This document shows positions 1-12,561 of a stretch of DNA of 64,000 nucleotides, piece after piece; the first letter of the stretch is position 1, and every line of letters starts with the position of its first letter. The notes below the pieces were generated by a model. The model was not told the origin of the DNA. It worked only from the letters and a program-made list of their open reading frames with translations, and did no database searches. A program made the position numbers and the translations under genes. Location of the stretch: the NCBI RefSeq assembly GCF_009914755.1, contig NC_060925.1; one strand, written 5' to 3'. The DNA comes from the human T2T-CHM13v2.0 reference genome, Homo sapiens.

Positions 1-25
1 GGTATCTCCCCCGCCAAGTAAGTAT
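1..25 (-). ncRNA. RNVU1: 5' end (nt 1-25) of a variant U1 snRNA gene (RNVU1 family); the rest lies outside the window
   Basis: Reverse complement of 1-25 is ATACTTACTTGGCGGGGGAGATACC versus canonical U1 ATACTTACCTGGCAGGGGAGATACC (23/25). U1-type PSE and DSE lie at the expected upstream positions. Paralogue number not determinable. Confidence 0.93.
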
Positions 26-69
26 GAGCTTTTGCACCTCCGCCCCGCCACAGCCTCACACGCTTCACC

Positions 70-89
70 CTTTACACGCACGGTCACTT
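70..89 (-). promoter_or_regulatory. snRNA proximal sequence element (PSE, SNAPc site) of the U1 variant
   Basis: Minus strand AAGTGACCGTGCGTGTAAAG at about -64 to -45 from the U1 start; matches the recalled U1 PSE (AAGTGACCGTGTGTGTAAAG) with one change. Confidence 0.9.
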
Positions 90-101
90 GCCCCGCGCAC
101 G

Positions 102-129
102 CCCCCCCCCCCCCACCCCCCCCGCCCCC
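102..129 (-). repeat. Poly-C/poly-G tract between PSE and DSE (G5-C-G8-T-G13 on the minus strand)
   Basis: Seen directly: C13-A-C8-G-C5 on the + strand. Confidence 0.95.
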
Positions 130-214
130 AGCCCTCCTAGCCCTGACACATAGCTGGGACTCTCAGGTCCGACCAGCGGTCCTGAACCCGCTCCCACGGC
201 ACGGGAACTCCTTA

Positions 215-253
215 GTGGCGAAGCAGCAGCCCCTGCGCTGCCTCATCTACATA
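215..253 (-). promoter_or_regulatory. snRNA distal sequence element (DSE): U1-type octamer ATGTAGAT plus adjacent GC-rich (SPH-like) segment
   Basis: + strand ATCTACAT at 245-252 reads ATGTAGAT on the minus strand at about -220 to -227. It is followed on that strand by GAGGCAGCGCAGGGGCTGCTGCTTCGCCAC, as in the recalled U1 enhancer. Confidence 0.85.
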
Positions 254-299
254 GAAATCGCCCTATCCGTGATGTCACCGACAGCGCCTTTCCCAGACA

Positions 300-430
300 C
301 CGTCTGCTCTTCCGCCCCACCCTCCGCCGACTCAGCCGATCAACCCGCTGCCGGAGCTGGCGGAGGAAGTGACGTCTGTCTCTTTCTCCTTTTCCTCCTG
401 CCATTGTCCTTTGGGGAGGTGCGCAGAGAT
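300..430 (+). promoter_or_regulatory. GC/CpG-rich segment with a GC box and an ETS-CRE composite motif; candidate divergent Pol II promoter
   Basis: TCCGCCCC at 311-318 and GGAAGTGACGTC at 365-376; CpG-rich relative to the rest of the window. Function is inferred. Confidence 0.5.
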
Positions 431-1346
431 CCCACGTCTGGTCTCCCCCTAAGACTGTGGTACTTGATCTGTGTCCTGCAGAGAACCCTTCTGGCGGCCA
501 ACAGGAAGCTTGTGCACCCTTCTTCAGATAATGTCTTTTAATGCGCAGACTTGAACGTTTAGGATTACAAGGAAAACCGGTTCCTTTCAAACCTGTTTAT
601 CTTTGTGATGTAGCATTCCGTTTCAAGTTGAAAGCCATTCAATGTCAGAGAGAAAACATATCTATGAAACCAGAGAGGCTGCTCAGATGGGTTGCAAACT
701 AGCCATCCTTACTGGTTTTACCACTAGAAGTGTTACAAAGACAGTTGTCCAATTTTATGAATCTTGAAGGGTTTTTTGTTGTTGTTGTTATTTCAAATAC
801 AGTGTAATACAAAAATATGTGGCCCCCGCAGAGACGATTGGACACTCTCAGGCATGGTGATGGAGTTTGTCATCTCTTCCACGGCCATCTCAGAACCTTA
901 GTGCTTACCTCATGTTAGTATTTTATATTCTCCAAAGACACAAAAATAATCCCAATTTGACAAAACAAACAAAAAAACATCTAGGGCATGTCTTATTTGA
1001 GGCGCTTAACAAATGACTGGATCATCTCCCTTGTATATAACCCAGAAAACACTGTGAAGTAGAGCAAAATTGGAAAGCCCAAGTCAAAGACCATTTGCAA
1101 ATTTCAAGTAGATTCCAGTCTGTTGCTCAAATCACAAAACATGAAATGGAGGGGTCTCCCTTGGAGACCATAAAGTCTGTGACATGGTGGCCAGTTGGGT
1201 CACTGGAAAACATGGCAAAATATTGAAAATGAGGGATTAGGTGAGAGTGTAGCAACTGAACACTAAATGCTTGATCCAGGTGCCATTCCTGGATACTGAC
1301 AGGGAGACACATTGTCCAGGTAATACTGGAAAAATACTTTCTATAG

Positions 1347-1940
1347 TGTAAACCACAAATAAAATTCCAAGCCCCTCAACTATTTGAATGCACCCCTCCT
1401 CTCAGCCAGGGTCATTCCAAAGTTAACCTGAAAAACTGGTTCAGACCATGATGGGAAGTAGGGGTCAGATATGCCTCATTATACCCTCCTTCCTTTGGAA
1501 TTCAGGCACAACTGACCAGCACATCCGACCAGGCCCAACTGACATTACAACAGCGATCTCAAGACTTTTTGTAGCAATAAGACACCAAACTCCAGGCTGA
1601 CTCTAGTGTAGCATTACATGACAGATAGCAGGCCCTGAAAGAAATGAAAATATTTTACCCTAAAATACATTTTTTATCATATTTTGAAATGTCCCTACAA
1701 AGTTGTCTCTTGTGGGGAAAGTCTACATGCTATAGGGAATCCCTTTCCAGGCCTTTTCCCTAATCTAGGCACCTTTTTAAGTCTGATAAGAAACATTTAC
1801 AATCAATTCTCTCTGAAGCCTGCTACCTGGAGGCTTCATCTGCATAATAAGAACAACCCCTTAACACAGAGACTGCCTTCTATGGATTCCAGGTCTTTAG
1901 ATAAACTCTTTCAACCAATTGCCAGTCAAAGTATCAGAAA
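1347..1940 (+). mobile_element. ERV1 MER4-group LTR (partial)
   Basis: Starts TGTAAACCACAAATAAAATTCCAAGCCCC and contains CATTCCAAAGTTAACCTGAAAAACTGGTTCAG, resembling the MER4-family consensus. Confidence 0.7.
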
Positions 1941-1991
1941 ATAACGGCTGGTAACTATGTAATTATGCATATATATGAGTAGAATTTTGGG

Positions 1992-2265
1992 GGTGGACAC
2001 AGTGGCTCATGCCTGTAATCCCAGCACTCCCTCAGGAGGCTGGCAGATTGCCTGAGTCCAGGAGTTTGAGACCAGCCTGGGAAACATGGTGAAACCCCAT
2101 CTCTACAAAAAAAAAAAAAAAAAAAAAAAATTAGCCAGGCATGGTGGTGAGCACCTGTGGTCCCAGCTACTCAGGAGGCTGAGGTGGGAGGGTTACTTGA
2201 GCCTGGGAGGTGAAGGTTGCAGTGACCCAAGCTTGCAACACTGCACTTCAGCCTGGATGACAGAG
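1992..2265 (+). mobile_element. Old Alu (AluJ-like), tail lost, expanded central A tract
   Basis: GTGGCTCATGCCTGTAATCCCAGCAC...; long middle poly-A; ends GCCTGGATGACAGAG. Confidence 0.9.
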
Positions 2266-2783
<518 letters not shown>

Positions 2784-3039
2784 TAAAGAGAGTTTTATGA
2801 AGAGAATATTTATAAATATAATATGGACAGGATCAAAACAACCCAACCAAGGACTGAGAGGCGCTCAGAATCTGGAATCAGCAGAGAAGTTGTATTGCCT
2901 CTAGGACTGGATTGTTGTATAAGTCTGTTCAGGTTGCCATAACAACCTGGACAGGACCGTAGTTCTGTCCAGTGATCCTCCCCAAGACAACCGTTCTCTC
3001 TAGTAACTATGGTTTTCCTTTCTCATTTCAATTGCCACC

Positions 3040-3441
3040 TCAATTGACTGAAATGTGAACACCAACTCCCGCACTTAAACGTTGAAGCCCTAACACCTAC
3101 TGTGATGATTTATGCAGCTGGGGCCTTTGAGAGGTAATCAGGATTAAAAGAGGTTATGAGAGTGGTGTCCTCATGCTGAGATTAATGCCATTACAAGAAG
3201 ACAGACACTAGAAAGCTTGCTTGTCCGCCTTCCCCCTGGTGCACGAAGAAATGGTCACATGGGCACACAGTGAATCTACAGCCACTTACAGGCCATAGGA
3301 AGAGACCTTAGAAAGAAATCCGCTTTGCTACCACCTTTATCTTGGACTTCCCAACTTCCAGAAGTGTGAGAAATACATTTCTATAGTTTAAGCCACTTGG
3401 TGTATGGTATCTTGTTATGGCAACCTGAACAGACTTATACA
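3040..3441 (+). mobile_element. MaLR solo LTR (MLT1A/MSTD-like)
   Basis: GTTGAAGCCCTAAC...GGGCCTTTGAGAGGTAATCAGGATTA...CTTGGACTTCCCAACTTCCAGAAGTGTGAGAAATAC...GACTTATACA. Confidence 0.8.
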
Positions 3442-5545
3442 ACAATTAAGTTGCCTTTCCACTGATGGACTTAGACACAATCTCTTTCCCAAAAAAGAGC
3501 TATATTTAGCTACTTTTCTTTTGCATATTGTTCCATTTGCAGCCACACTATTTGTCTTCCCCCACACCACTTCTATCACCAGGAATCCATTTTCCTTGTT
3601 TTCTTTTTAATATCGGGAGCCTCTGCTCACTGCACTGCATAGTCCTTGGGGCTTTTTTTAAACTTTATTTTTAACAATCATTTGAGCAGAAAGTAGCCAA
3701 TTCAGTTCTTTAATTTCCCATTTTATTCTTGGTTTGAAACTGACCTGATTGTGTCCCTTTTGTTATGACCAGTTACTTAGAAGCCATACAGCCCACAAGG
3801 TGCCCTTGGGTATAAATCCAACTTCTTCATTTTAATGGTGAGAAACCAAAAGCCCACGTTTCCTGATTTCTGGCCCAGCACTGGAACTGTTTTCATGGCA
3901 CGTCAATTCATCATACATTTTAATAGTGATATTTTATATTTGCATAATTTTATTGCCTTTGCAATGGGCTTTCACATCTATCTTCTCATGTGTATATAGT
4001 TTAGAGGCCATTTTTACCCACTATTTCCTAATCATATCGACCACAGCCTCAGGAAATGTCTGCTCTATTATTTCACTTGCCTGTCTGGGTTCTTGGGCAA
4101 CAGCATAGAATCCTGCACTGTGTTTTCCCTCACGCTTTCTCACTCTTTGCAGAACAAATTTTTGTTACATGCCTTATTATCATGGTAATATTGGCCTTCA
4201 GTCCTGTATAGAAGCATTAAAAATGTGCGTAATGTATATCCTTTTAAAATGTTATCCTAAGAAGCATCTTTTGGAGTTAAGGAGAGTTAGATGAATAAAG
4301 AAAGAATACAGTTTCTCCTAAACAAACCCACTAAGAAAATCATGGAAAGAATTATGACAACTATGAAAATGAAGGAGGTATACTTTGTCAACAAAAGCAA
4401 AATAACCAAGCTACTCTTAGACATAATCTCACGTTGTCTTTCTGTAGTGCTCTAGCATTTTCTAAGCATTTTCACACACTGTTATCTCTTTTTTTCTTTC
4501 TCCTTCTAGAAATTAATTATGACTTTTCCTTTCAAAAATGAAGGACTTTTTTTTTTTTTTACTCTTTTCATTTTTTCCTGAGACCATATGTCAAAGGGAA
4601 TGTGAGTAACAACTTTGGTGTGGTAATAGCCAAATTCCTCCAGGTCTGCTCCTCAAGCTTGCAAAGTCAAGACTGGCAGAAGTGGTGATTTTTACCTGGG
4701 TATCCTGAGAACCTTGCACAGTCCTTATCACATGCAGGTGTTCAGAGTGTGCAAATAAACGAAGAAATGTGAGATTGTGATGATATTTTCATGGCATGCT
4801 TTTTTTCCACACTTCCTCATGCAGCCCAACATCCTCTACACTGTGTTGTTCTACCCGTTTAAGTGATTTACCACTTCTCCATTAAGCCAACTTAAACCAT
4901 GTTGCCTTCAACTCAACATTGATTGATCCCCTATACAGTCCTGTAGGGAGGCAAGAAAACTTACAAACGAAGTGGTAAAGAAAGAGAGAGATTAAGCAAT
5001 TTGCCCCAAATCTCATAACCACTAGGTGATAAATCTTCAACTAGAACTCAAATATCTGACTGAGAATTCAGTGCTTTTTTCATTTAAATCACATTGCTTC
5101 ATAAAAATAGATCTGCAGGAAGAATAAAAATGTCCAAAGTGCAATGAGACAGAGAAGATAATATGGAGACAGACATATTGCACAGAAAGCATTTGACCAT
5201 ATGTCTGCCTGATCTCCTTCGTGTGTCTTGTTCATAACTTACTTTACTCGGGCAGCAGGAGATAGCATAACAACTGTCAGAGTGAATTTAGGCCACAGTT
5301 TTGTGTTGCTGAATGTGTTGAGTCATTTCCCTTAGTTCACATTTCTACCTAACTTTATCTTTTAAGTCATCATCATGGCTTTAATCTCTTATTTATTTTG
5401 ACTGTTGAGATTTTGTAGCCATTATCCAAATAAAACATTTATTTTCACTCGTGAGTCCCTAATCCTTCGTCAATGGAATTAGCTATTTATTTGATGCAAT
5501 AGCTAGACCAGTAGGGTTAAAAATGCTTTTATAAAGACATTAATA

Positions 5546-5660
5546 GCTGGGTATGGTGATGTGCACCTAGGGAGGCTATGGCAGGAAGATCACTTGAGTC
5601 CATGAGTTTGAGGCCAATGCCTTCGCAACATAGTGAGACCCTGTCTTTAAAGTAAAAATT
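5546..5660 (+). mobile_element. FLAM-type Alu monomer fragment
   Basis: GCTGGGTATGGTG...GATCACTTGAGTCCATGAGTTTGAGGCC...CAACATAGTGAGACCCTGTCT. Confidence 0.75.
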
Positions 5661-8600
5661 TAAAAATTAAAAGAAAAGACATTTAAAAAGGCTGTTTACC
5701 AAAATGATGGTTAATTGACAGAAAATAGAAACGGAAACTAGAAATCATTGCCATCAGCTTTCTCTAATGTGTACTTGATCCTTTTCTCCCTGTGATGGAA
5801 GTCGAAAGTCTTTTTGTTTTTTTCTTAATCCACTACTGTTCAAATGAGAATAAACAGCCAAATGACTGAATTAGTTGGTAGACATAATTCCTAGTCTTCA
5901 ATTATTTTTATATTCTTTTGTAATACAGTCATTATTTTTTCAGACTTCTATAATATTGCATTTAACCAATCCCCAAATAGGGAAACGTTATGTAATTTTT
6001 CTATTATTTACAGTTCCTTGATTATAATCTTTTATTTGAAAAGATTATATATTTATATAAAAACCCAGTTTCTTTCTTACATATAAATATTATTAGTAGT
6101 CTAAAAATGTCACTCTCAATAAACAGGATGAGTCAACTTGAGGACTAGAGAATCAGGTAGTCAACATCAGAGAACTGGTTTAGCAAACAGAAGGGGCCTA
6201 CCCAGATAGAGAGAAGTCAGGCAGGGCTGTGCTGTGAAAATATTAGAGAAGCTTGATGGGAGGCCTAATATAGTTTGTCTTTACACCTGTATATTTTGCT
6301 TCTTGCATCTGCTTCAATGCCCTCTGTCATTTATTATAACTAGATATATTGTTCTAATAGATTTGTACTACAGTCAGAACAAACAAATCACTGGATCCAG
6401 CAGAAGCCTTAGATATATGACATAACAGAGATTTGCACAAAGATTTGCCCCATTGCCTTCTCAAATTTCTCTTATCATCAATCCATCTAGCTGGAGCTCT
6501 CTGAAGGTCATCAGAGGTCAGTATAATTTTAATAAGATTTTAACTGAAGGCTAGCCTTGATGTTCAGTGACCTTCAGACATGTTTATAATCGAGAAGCCA
6601 CTCCCCCTGTTGAATGATAACCTCTTCCATGAATTACCAAACCAATGGTGCTCACATTCTGATTAACGATTGATTCCCATAAACCCAGCTTCCCCCAACA
6701 CTGATGATCTAAATAACCTGAATTATTTGCATTGCCTTATCAATTCCATCTCATTTCCTGTCTTGGTGGTTTTGCTCACACTGCTTCTATGTGGAATGTC
6801 CGTATGTAGCCACTCGAGTTTCCACTTCATCGTTCCATCATCTGTAGTCTCTATACACTATCCATCATCAGGACTAATGTGAGCTGACTTTCCTCCAAAA
6901 AGCTTTCCCTGAACTTATCCTGAAATAACGTTTTTCTCTGCTAACTTAGCATTTGTCACGTTAGTATACAGCTTCTCTAACTGTCATGAAATGAAATAAA
7001 TGGGAAGAAGATGAAACATGAAAAGAAATCTGCTTCTTAAGGCAGGCCCTGGGGGAATAGCCCTGGCTGGAGGTAATGTAAGGTCTAGATGGTGTTTTTA
7101 GAATCTGAAGACTGCAACACCAAACACAACAAGTATAAGCCTAGGCAAGCTGTCAGTGCAGGGCCTAAAATTAGGTATTTCAACAAGTGGATGAATCAAT
7201 TTGGGGAATTGTATTAGTAAACAGAGGAAGCCCGTCCAGTAAAAGGGAGAGTAAGCAGGGATGCAATTTAAAACTATTGAGGAAAAATGGCTAAGAAATA
7301 GTAAAATTAACACATGGCCTAAAATATTAAGAAATTATGCCTGTTACAGAATTACGGACCTGGCTAGTATATAGGAGCATTAACAACACAAAAACAGATT
7401 AGGTCGGGATTAGCAGTGGGGGTGAAATAATCTTCAGGGCTGAACTACTGAGCTAGAAATATTTAAATCCTCCTTGCAGATGAAAACTATAGAGGACAAT
7501 TTATTGGTTCAGCATGAATTTCTGGTCTTCTGTTAAGAAATACGCTCTTTCATTGAAAGTGAACATTGAGGCAGTAAACTCCAAATACAGCTGCAGGTAC
7601 TATCTCCTGCTGATTTGTGTGTATAGAGCATGAAAGAAAGGCTCAGAAACAAAAGCATGTTGGAAAAATAAGCAGAAGGAGACATTTACTTGCAAAGAAA
7701 TGTGAGGAAGTCATTCTTCAAAAGAACTGCCCAAAAAATTAAAAAAATAGAACTTTTTAAGACAAACAATATTATGAAGACAATAGGGCTTATATTAATC
7801 TCTTCATGGCAGAAAACTGCAATTTTATCATGGTTATTGTATTCAGAAAGTTCATGACATATCTTCAGACAATAAACAGCATTGTAAAGTCAAGGATAAA
7901 GTGATTTTCATTAAGGAGTTAGCAACTCTCAGGAAATGCTCAAGGTTTTATTCATTTGGAGGACTGCAGGTAGACAGAGAGACCCTTTTATTGTTTCTTT
8001 ATGTCAGAGTGCAGAGTTTTTTTTTCTCTGTTTCTTCAGCAGTGGGACATGATGAACGGGCCGACAATGGTGTCAGGCCCCGATGTCACTTTGGTTTTTA
8101 CACTTCATCTTGCGGTCATGTTTCCTTCTCTACAGGACATGTTTGTCTACCTCCATTTGCTGAACAATGTTCCTAATCAGTACTATTGATTTTACATTTT
8201 AATTTGATCCATTTTATTTGCACAGATCTAAGAAGTGTTGATTAATATTTAATGACCTCCTAGTATTTTTTTGATGAAACAATAAACTAAGGCTCACAAG
8301 TTTACGTCTATCTATAGATTTATAAAGCCCTTGTGCTTTAAATTTACTTTTACATGTTTAACAGCTCAGTTTAGAGCAGACCAAACCAGTCCGTTCACCT
8401 CTACCTGATTTCATCTGCAGTATTTATAATGCAAATGTATCCTTTTTAATAAAAGTTATCCAATGTCTCGGTGTCCCTGCTCTGCCAAGAAAGGACATTC
8501 TTTCTTACCTCCAAGCCTGAGATTGCATAGTCCATAGAGCAAGCACCAGATTGGTTTCCTAGAAGGATGTTATAGGCATCGCTTCTGCATGAAAAACATA

Positions 8601-8691
8601 GAAATTATTCTTATTACTGGATTTGTCTTGTCTAATTAAATTGAATTTGTAGCACAGCTATAAATTTTTTATTAAAAAATTGATTCTTCCT

Positions 8692-9112
<421 letters not shown>

Positions 9113-9747
9113 TTAAGCAATATTGCTAATTAAGTGTATGTTAATAGACAAAACCAAATATTGTATGTCACAATTCTTTACAAAATAATTATTTGTATGT
9201 TTTTCTTGGCAACTTATTAGCTTTGTTTTTATATTAAGAATTTCTGCAAGGTATTTTTTTCCTCAACACTAAGAATTCAGAGTGTTTTATTTAGTTTTTA
9301 CAAATTTAATAATTTGTACATTTAATTGGAGATTAAAGGTAGATTAAGAAGAAAGAAAATGGGTTTCTCTCATGTTCATTAAAGTAGAAAATTAAACTAG
9401 CCTCAATTAAATTGCCTTACTGAGGCCCTTTAATCCTAAATAACAACCTCTTGTCGTGCTGGTCTTGAGTTAAGCAGTCTACTTTCATGAATTCATCGGC
9501 TTCTACACTGTGAGTGTCTTGGAACTCCTGACTCATTTACTTCGTATAGTTGGAATATTGTCTGTGGGGACAAGGTCAGCCTATTCTTGGAGGCCTATAT
9601 CCATGAGTCAATTTCCTGTGGTATCAATAGTATCAACAGTGTCTGCTACCGTTATTACTGGAGCTCTTTTGATACTTCTTCCAGATGACTCAAATTCTGA
9701 TTGGCGCTTTGTAGAGAGGCTTTTAGGTATGCTTAAAGGGAAAGGAG

Positions 9748-10043
9748 GGCTGGGCACAGTGGCTCATGTCTGTAATCCCAACACTTTAGGAGGCTGAGGC
9801 AGGCAGATCACTTGAGGTCCGGAGTTTGAGACCAGCCTGGCCAACATGGTGAAACCCTGTGTCTACTGAAAATAGAAAAATTAGCCATGCATGGTGGCGG
9901 GCACCTGAATATAGCTACTCGGGAGGCTGAGGTAGGAGGACAGCTTGAACCTGAGAGGTAGAGTTTGCAGTGAGCTGAGGTCATACCACTGCACTCCAGC
10001 CTGGGCAACAGAGCGAGATTCCATCTAAAAAAAAAAAAAAAAA
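9748..10043 (+). mobile_element. AluS
   Basis: Full dimeric Alu with a poly-A tail. Confidence 0.95.
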
Positions 10044-11245
10044 GCAGCGGGGATAGGGGGAGGAGATGTTGCTAATAATAAAACTGTAAAGTTTGGTTAA
10101 TTTTTTGCCATAGCAAACAACATCACAATGGGGGACAGTGGCATTCTCTGTTGAGGTGTAATACATACTCATCTAATGAAATTTTAATCAGTGATTACCG
10201 TAAAAGACAGAACACATGAAGAACAATTAGTGCATCCCGATACCTCTCCAGGGCCTTTAATTTTCCCCACAAAGTAGATATTATTATTTGTCACCAACTG
10301 ATAAGTTTACTTTTTTTAATCAGTTGGTTGACATTTATTGCACCAGTCTTTGTACATGAACATAAATATGCCTGAATCCAACCTGAGAAGTGCACAATTA
10401 TTATAACATAGCCACAGTAATCATACATAATTATTGCATTTAATTAATTTAAGATGATTTTATTGCTATTTTCTCAGAATATGGCCTTGAAAAACACAGC
10501 AGCTTCCACTATATTGAGCATAGTTTTGAGCAAATTAAACATCTGGAGAATGCAAAACATTACCTTTATTTCTAATATATCTTCATGTTAAGAGCTAGGA
10601 GGAGGATCTCTGGAGTTTCCCAGCAGCCATCTGAGAAACCCAGAGATACTGTATTCATAAGTAACATCTCAGTAGTTTTACTATTTTGGATTTGAGGGTT
10701 AAATTTGGGGAATATGGTATCAAAAACAGTGTCACAGGTGGGGGCTGCAGATGTGAAGGGCCTGCTATCAATCAGGTGACCCTGGATGGACTACCCACTC
10801 CCTGTGTCAGTCCAGGATCCCAGCTGTAGTGGGTTCCTCTCTGCTACAGCACATGTTTCTAAAGGGCAAGAATCTGGGCTCCCAATAACTGACCTCTGTC
10901 TCCTCCATCCTGGCTTGTCATGGTAGACCCGAACCACCCTCCCATTGAATTTGGGCCCTTGTGGCTCATAGCCACAAGGGAAATTGGGAGCTCACATGTG
11001 AAAGGCAGAATTAAGTTAATGCACCTTCTTCCAAAGTCTTACGTTTGTTTGTAGCCCAGGTGCCCCTGTTTCCAGCAGGAGTATTAGCAGTACCAGGCAG
11101 CCACTCCCCAGAGTTTGTGTTTCTGAGCTTTCCCATCATCAGTTAATTGGAAATTTCAGGAACTGTCCCTGCCTTACAATGCCTGCTCTGATCTACAGGT
11201 CTTTTGGAGACAGACAGCAGGTGATGGGGCATGCCAAAGAGATAA

Positions 11246-11500
<255 letters not shown>

Positions 11501-12264
11501 TAGATTTTGATTCCTCAATGTGGCCAAGAAATAGAGCTACTTGCTGGGAACAAGAAAGACAACATGACTTCTGGAAACTATTTATTATGAAAAATGAATT
11601 TTCATTATGTAGCAAATTACACTGCAGAAGTATTACAAAGAATTCTCATAGACATGGTATATTAAATCTCAAATCAATAATCATACATAGTCAATTAAAA
11701 ATATCTTTGTTGATATCTTTCAGAACCTGGGAAATAATTTTCTGACTTTCAAATTTTTTAGTTTCTATTCAGTGGCAGAAAATCTGTATTGTGCCAAACC
11801 AGTCTGAAAATTAGTAGTTGATTATATGCTGGACACAGAAAAATTTTCTATAACCTGTTAAATGCAACACTCCATTCATTGCTTAATTCTCCCCAAATAG
11901 CATAAGGTAATTAAGGCTTTTGTAAACTTTTTTCTTTTTTTAGAACAGCCTACAGTGACAGAGGAGAATGGTTATATTGTTAATTAAAGCTGGTTCATCA
12001 CTCATGTGGTAAACCTGACTCACATGGAAACTTAACTATTTTATCACAAAGATAAATGTTTATCATTTAAATATGTATGTATTCACTTTTATACTTCTTG
12101 AAAGGATTTCTAGGAGTACAAAGTAAACTACTATAAATCTCTTTTCTCCCGGATGGCAATATTGTTGTGGGTGAGAAACAATTTAGTCCAGGAGAGCTAT
12201 ATCTAATCCGGTAGGACACTGTGGAGAATACAAGTGTTAAATTTTTGCTAAAAAACTAATATAT

Positions 12265-12561
12265 GGCCGGGAGTGGTGGCTCACGCCTGTAATCCCAACA
12301 CTTCGGGAGGCCGAGGAGGGTGGATCACCTGAGGTCAGGGGTTCGAGACCAGCCTGGCCAACATGGTGAAATCCCATTTCTACTAAAAATACAAAAATTA
12401 GCCAGGCATGGTGGCAGGCACCTGTAATCCCAGCTACTCAGGAGGCTGAGGCAGGAGAATCACTGGAACCCAGGAGGCAGAGGCTGCAGTGAGCCAAGAT
12501 GGCACCATTGCACTCCAGCCTGAGGGACAAGAGCAAGACTTTGTCTCAAAAAAAAAAAAAA
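12265..12561 (+). mobile_element. AluSx-like
   Basis: Full Alu; CTAATATAT duplicated on both flanks. Confidence 0.95.

Noticed and set aside
32-541. 169-aa proline-rich ORF (and the antisense 115-aa ORF at 243-590)
   Set aside because: Starts at a non-ATG codon and overlies the GC-rich U1 promoter. The polyproline is just the poly-C tract, and no domain is recognisable.
9480-9797. 95-aa ORF with a hydrophobic stretch in unique-looking sequence
   Set aside because: Non-ATG start, runs into an Alu, no recognisable homology or splice framework.
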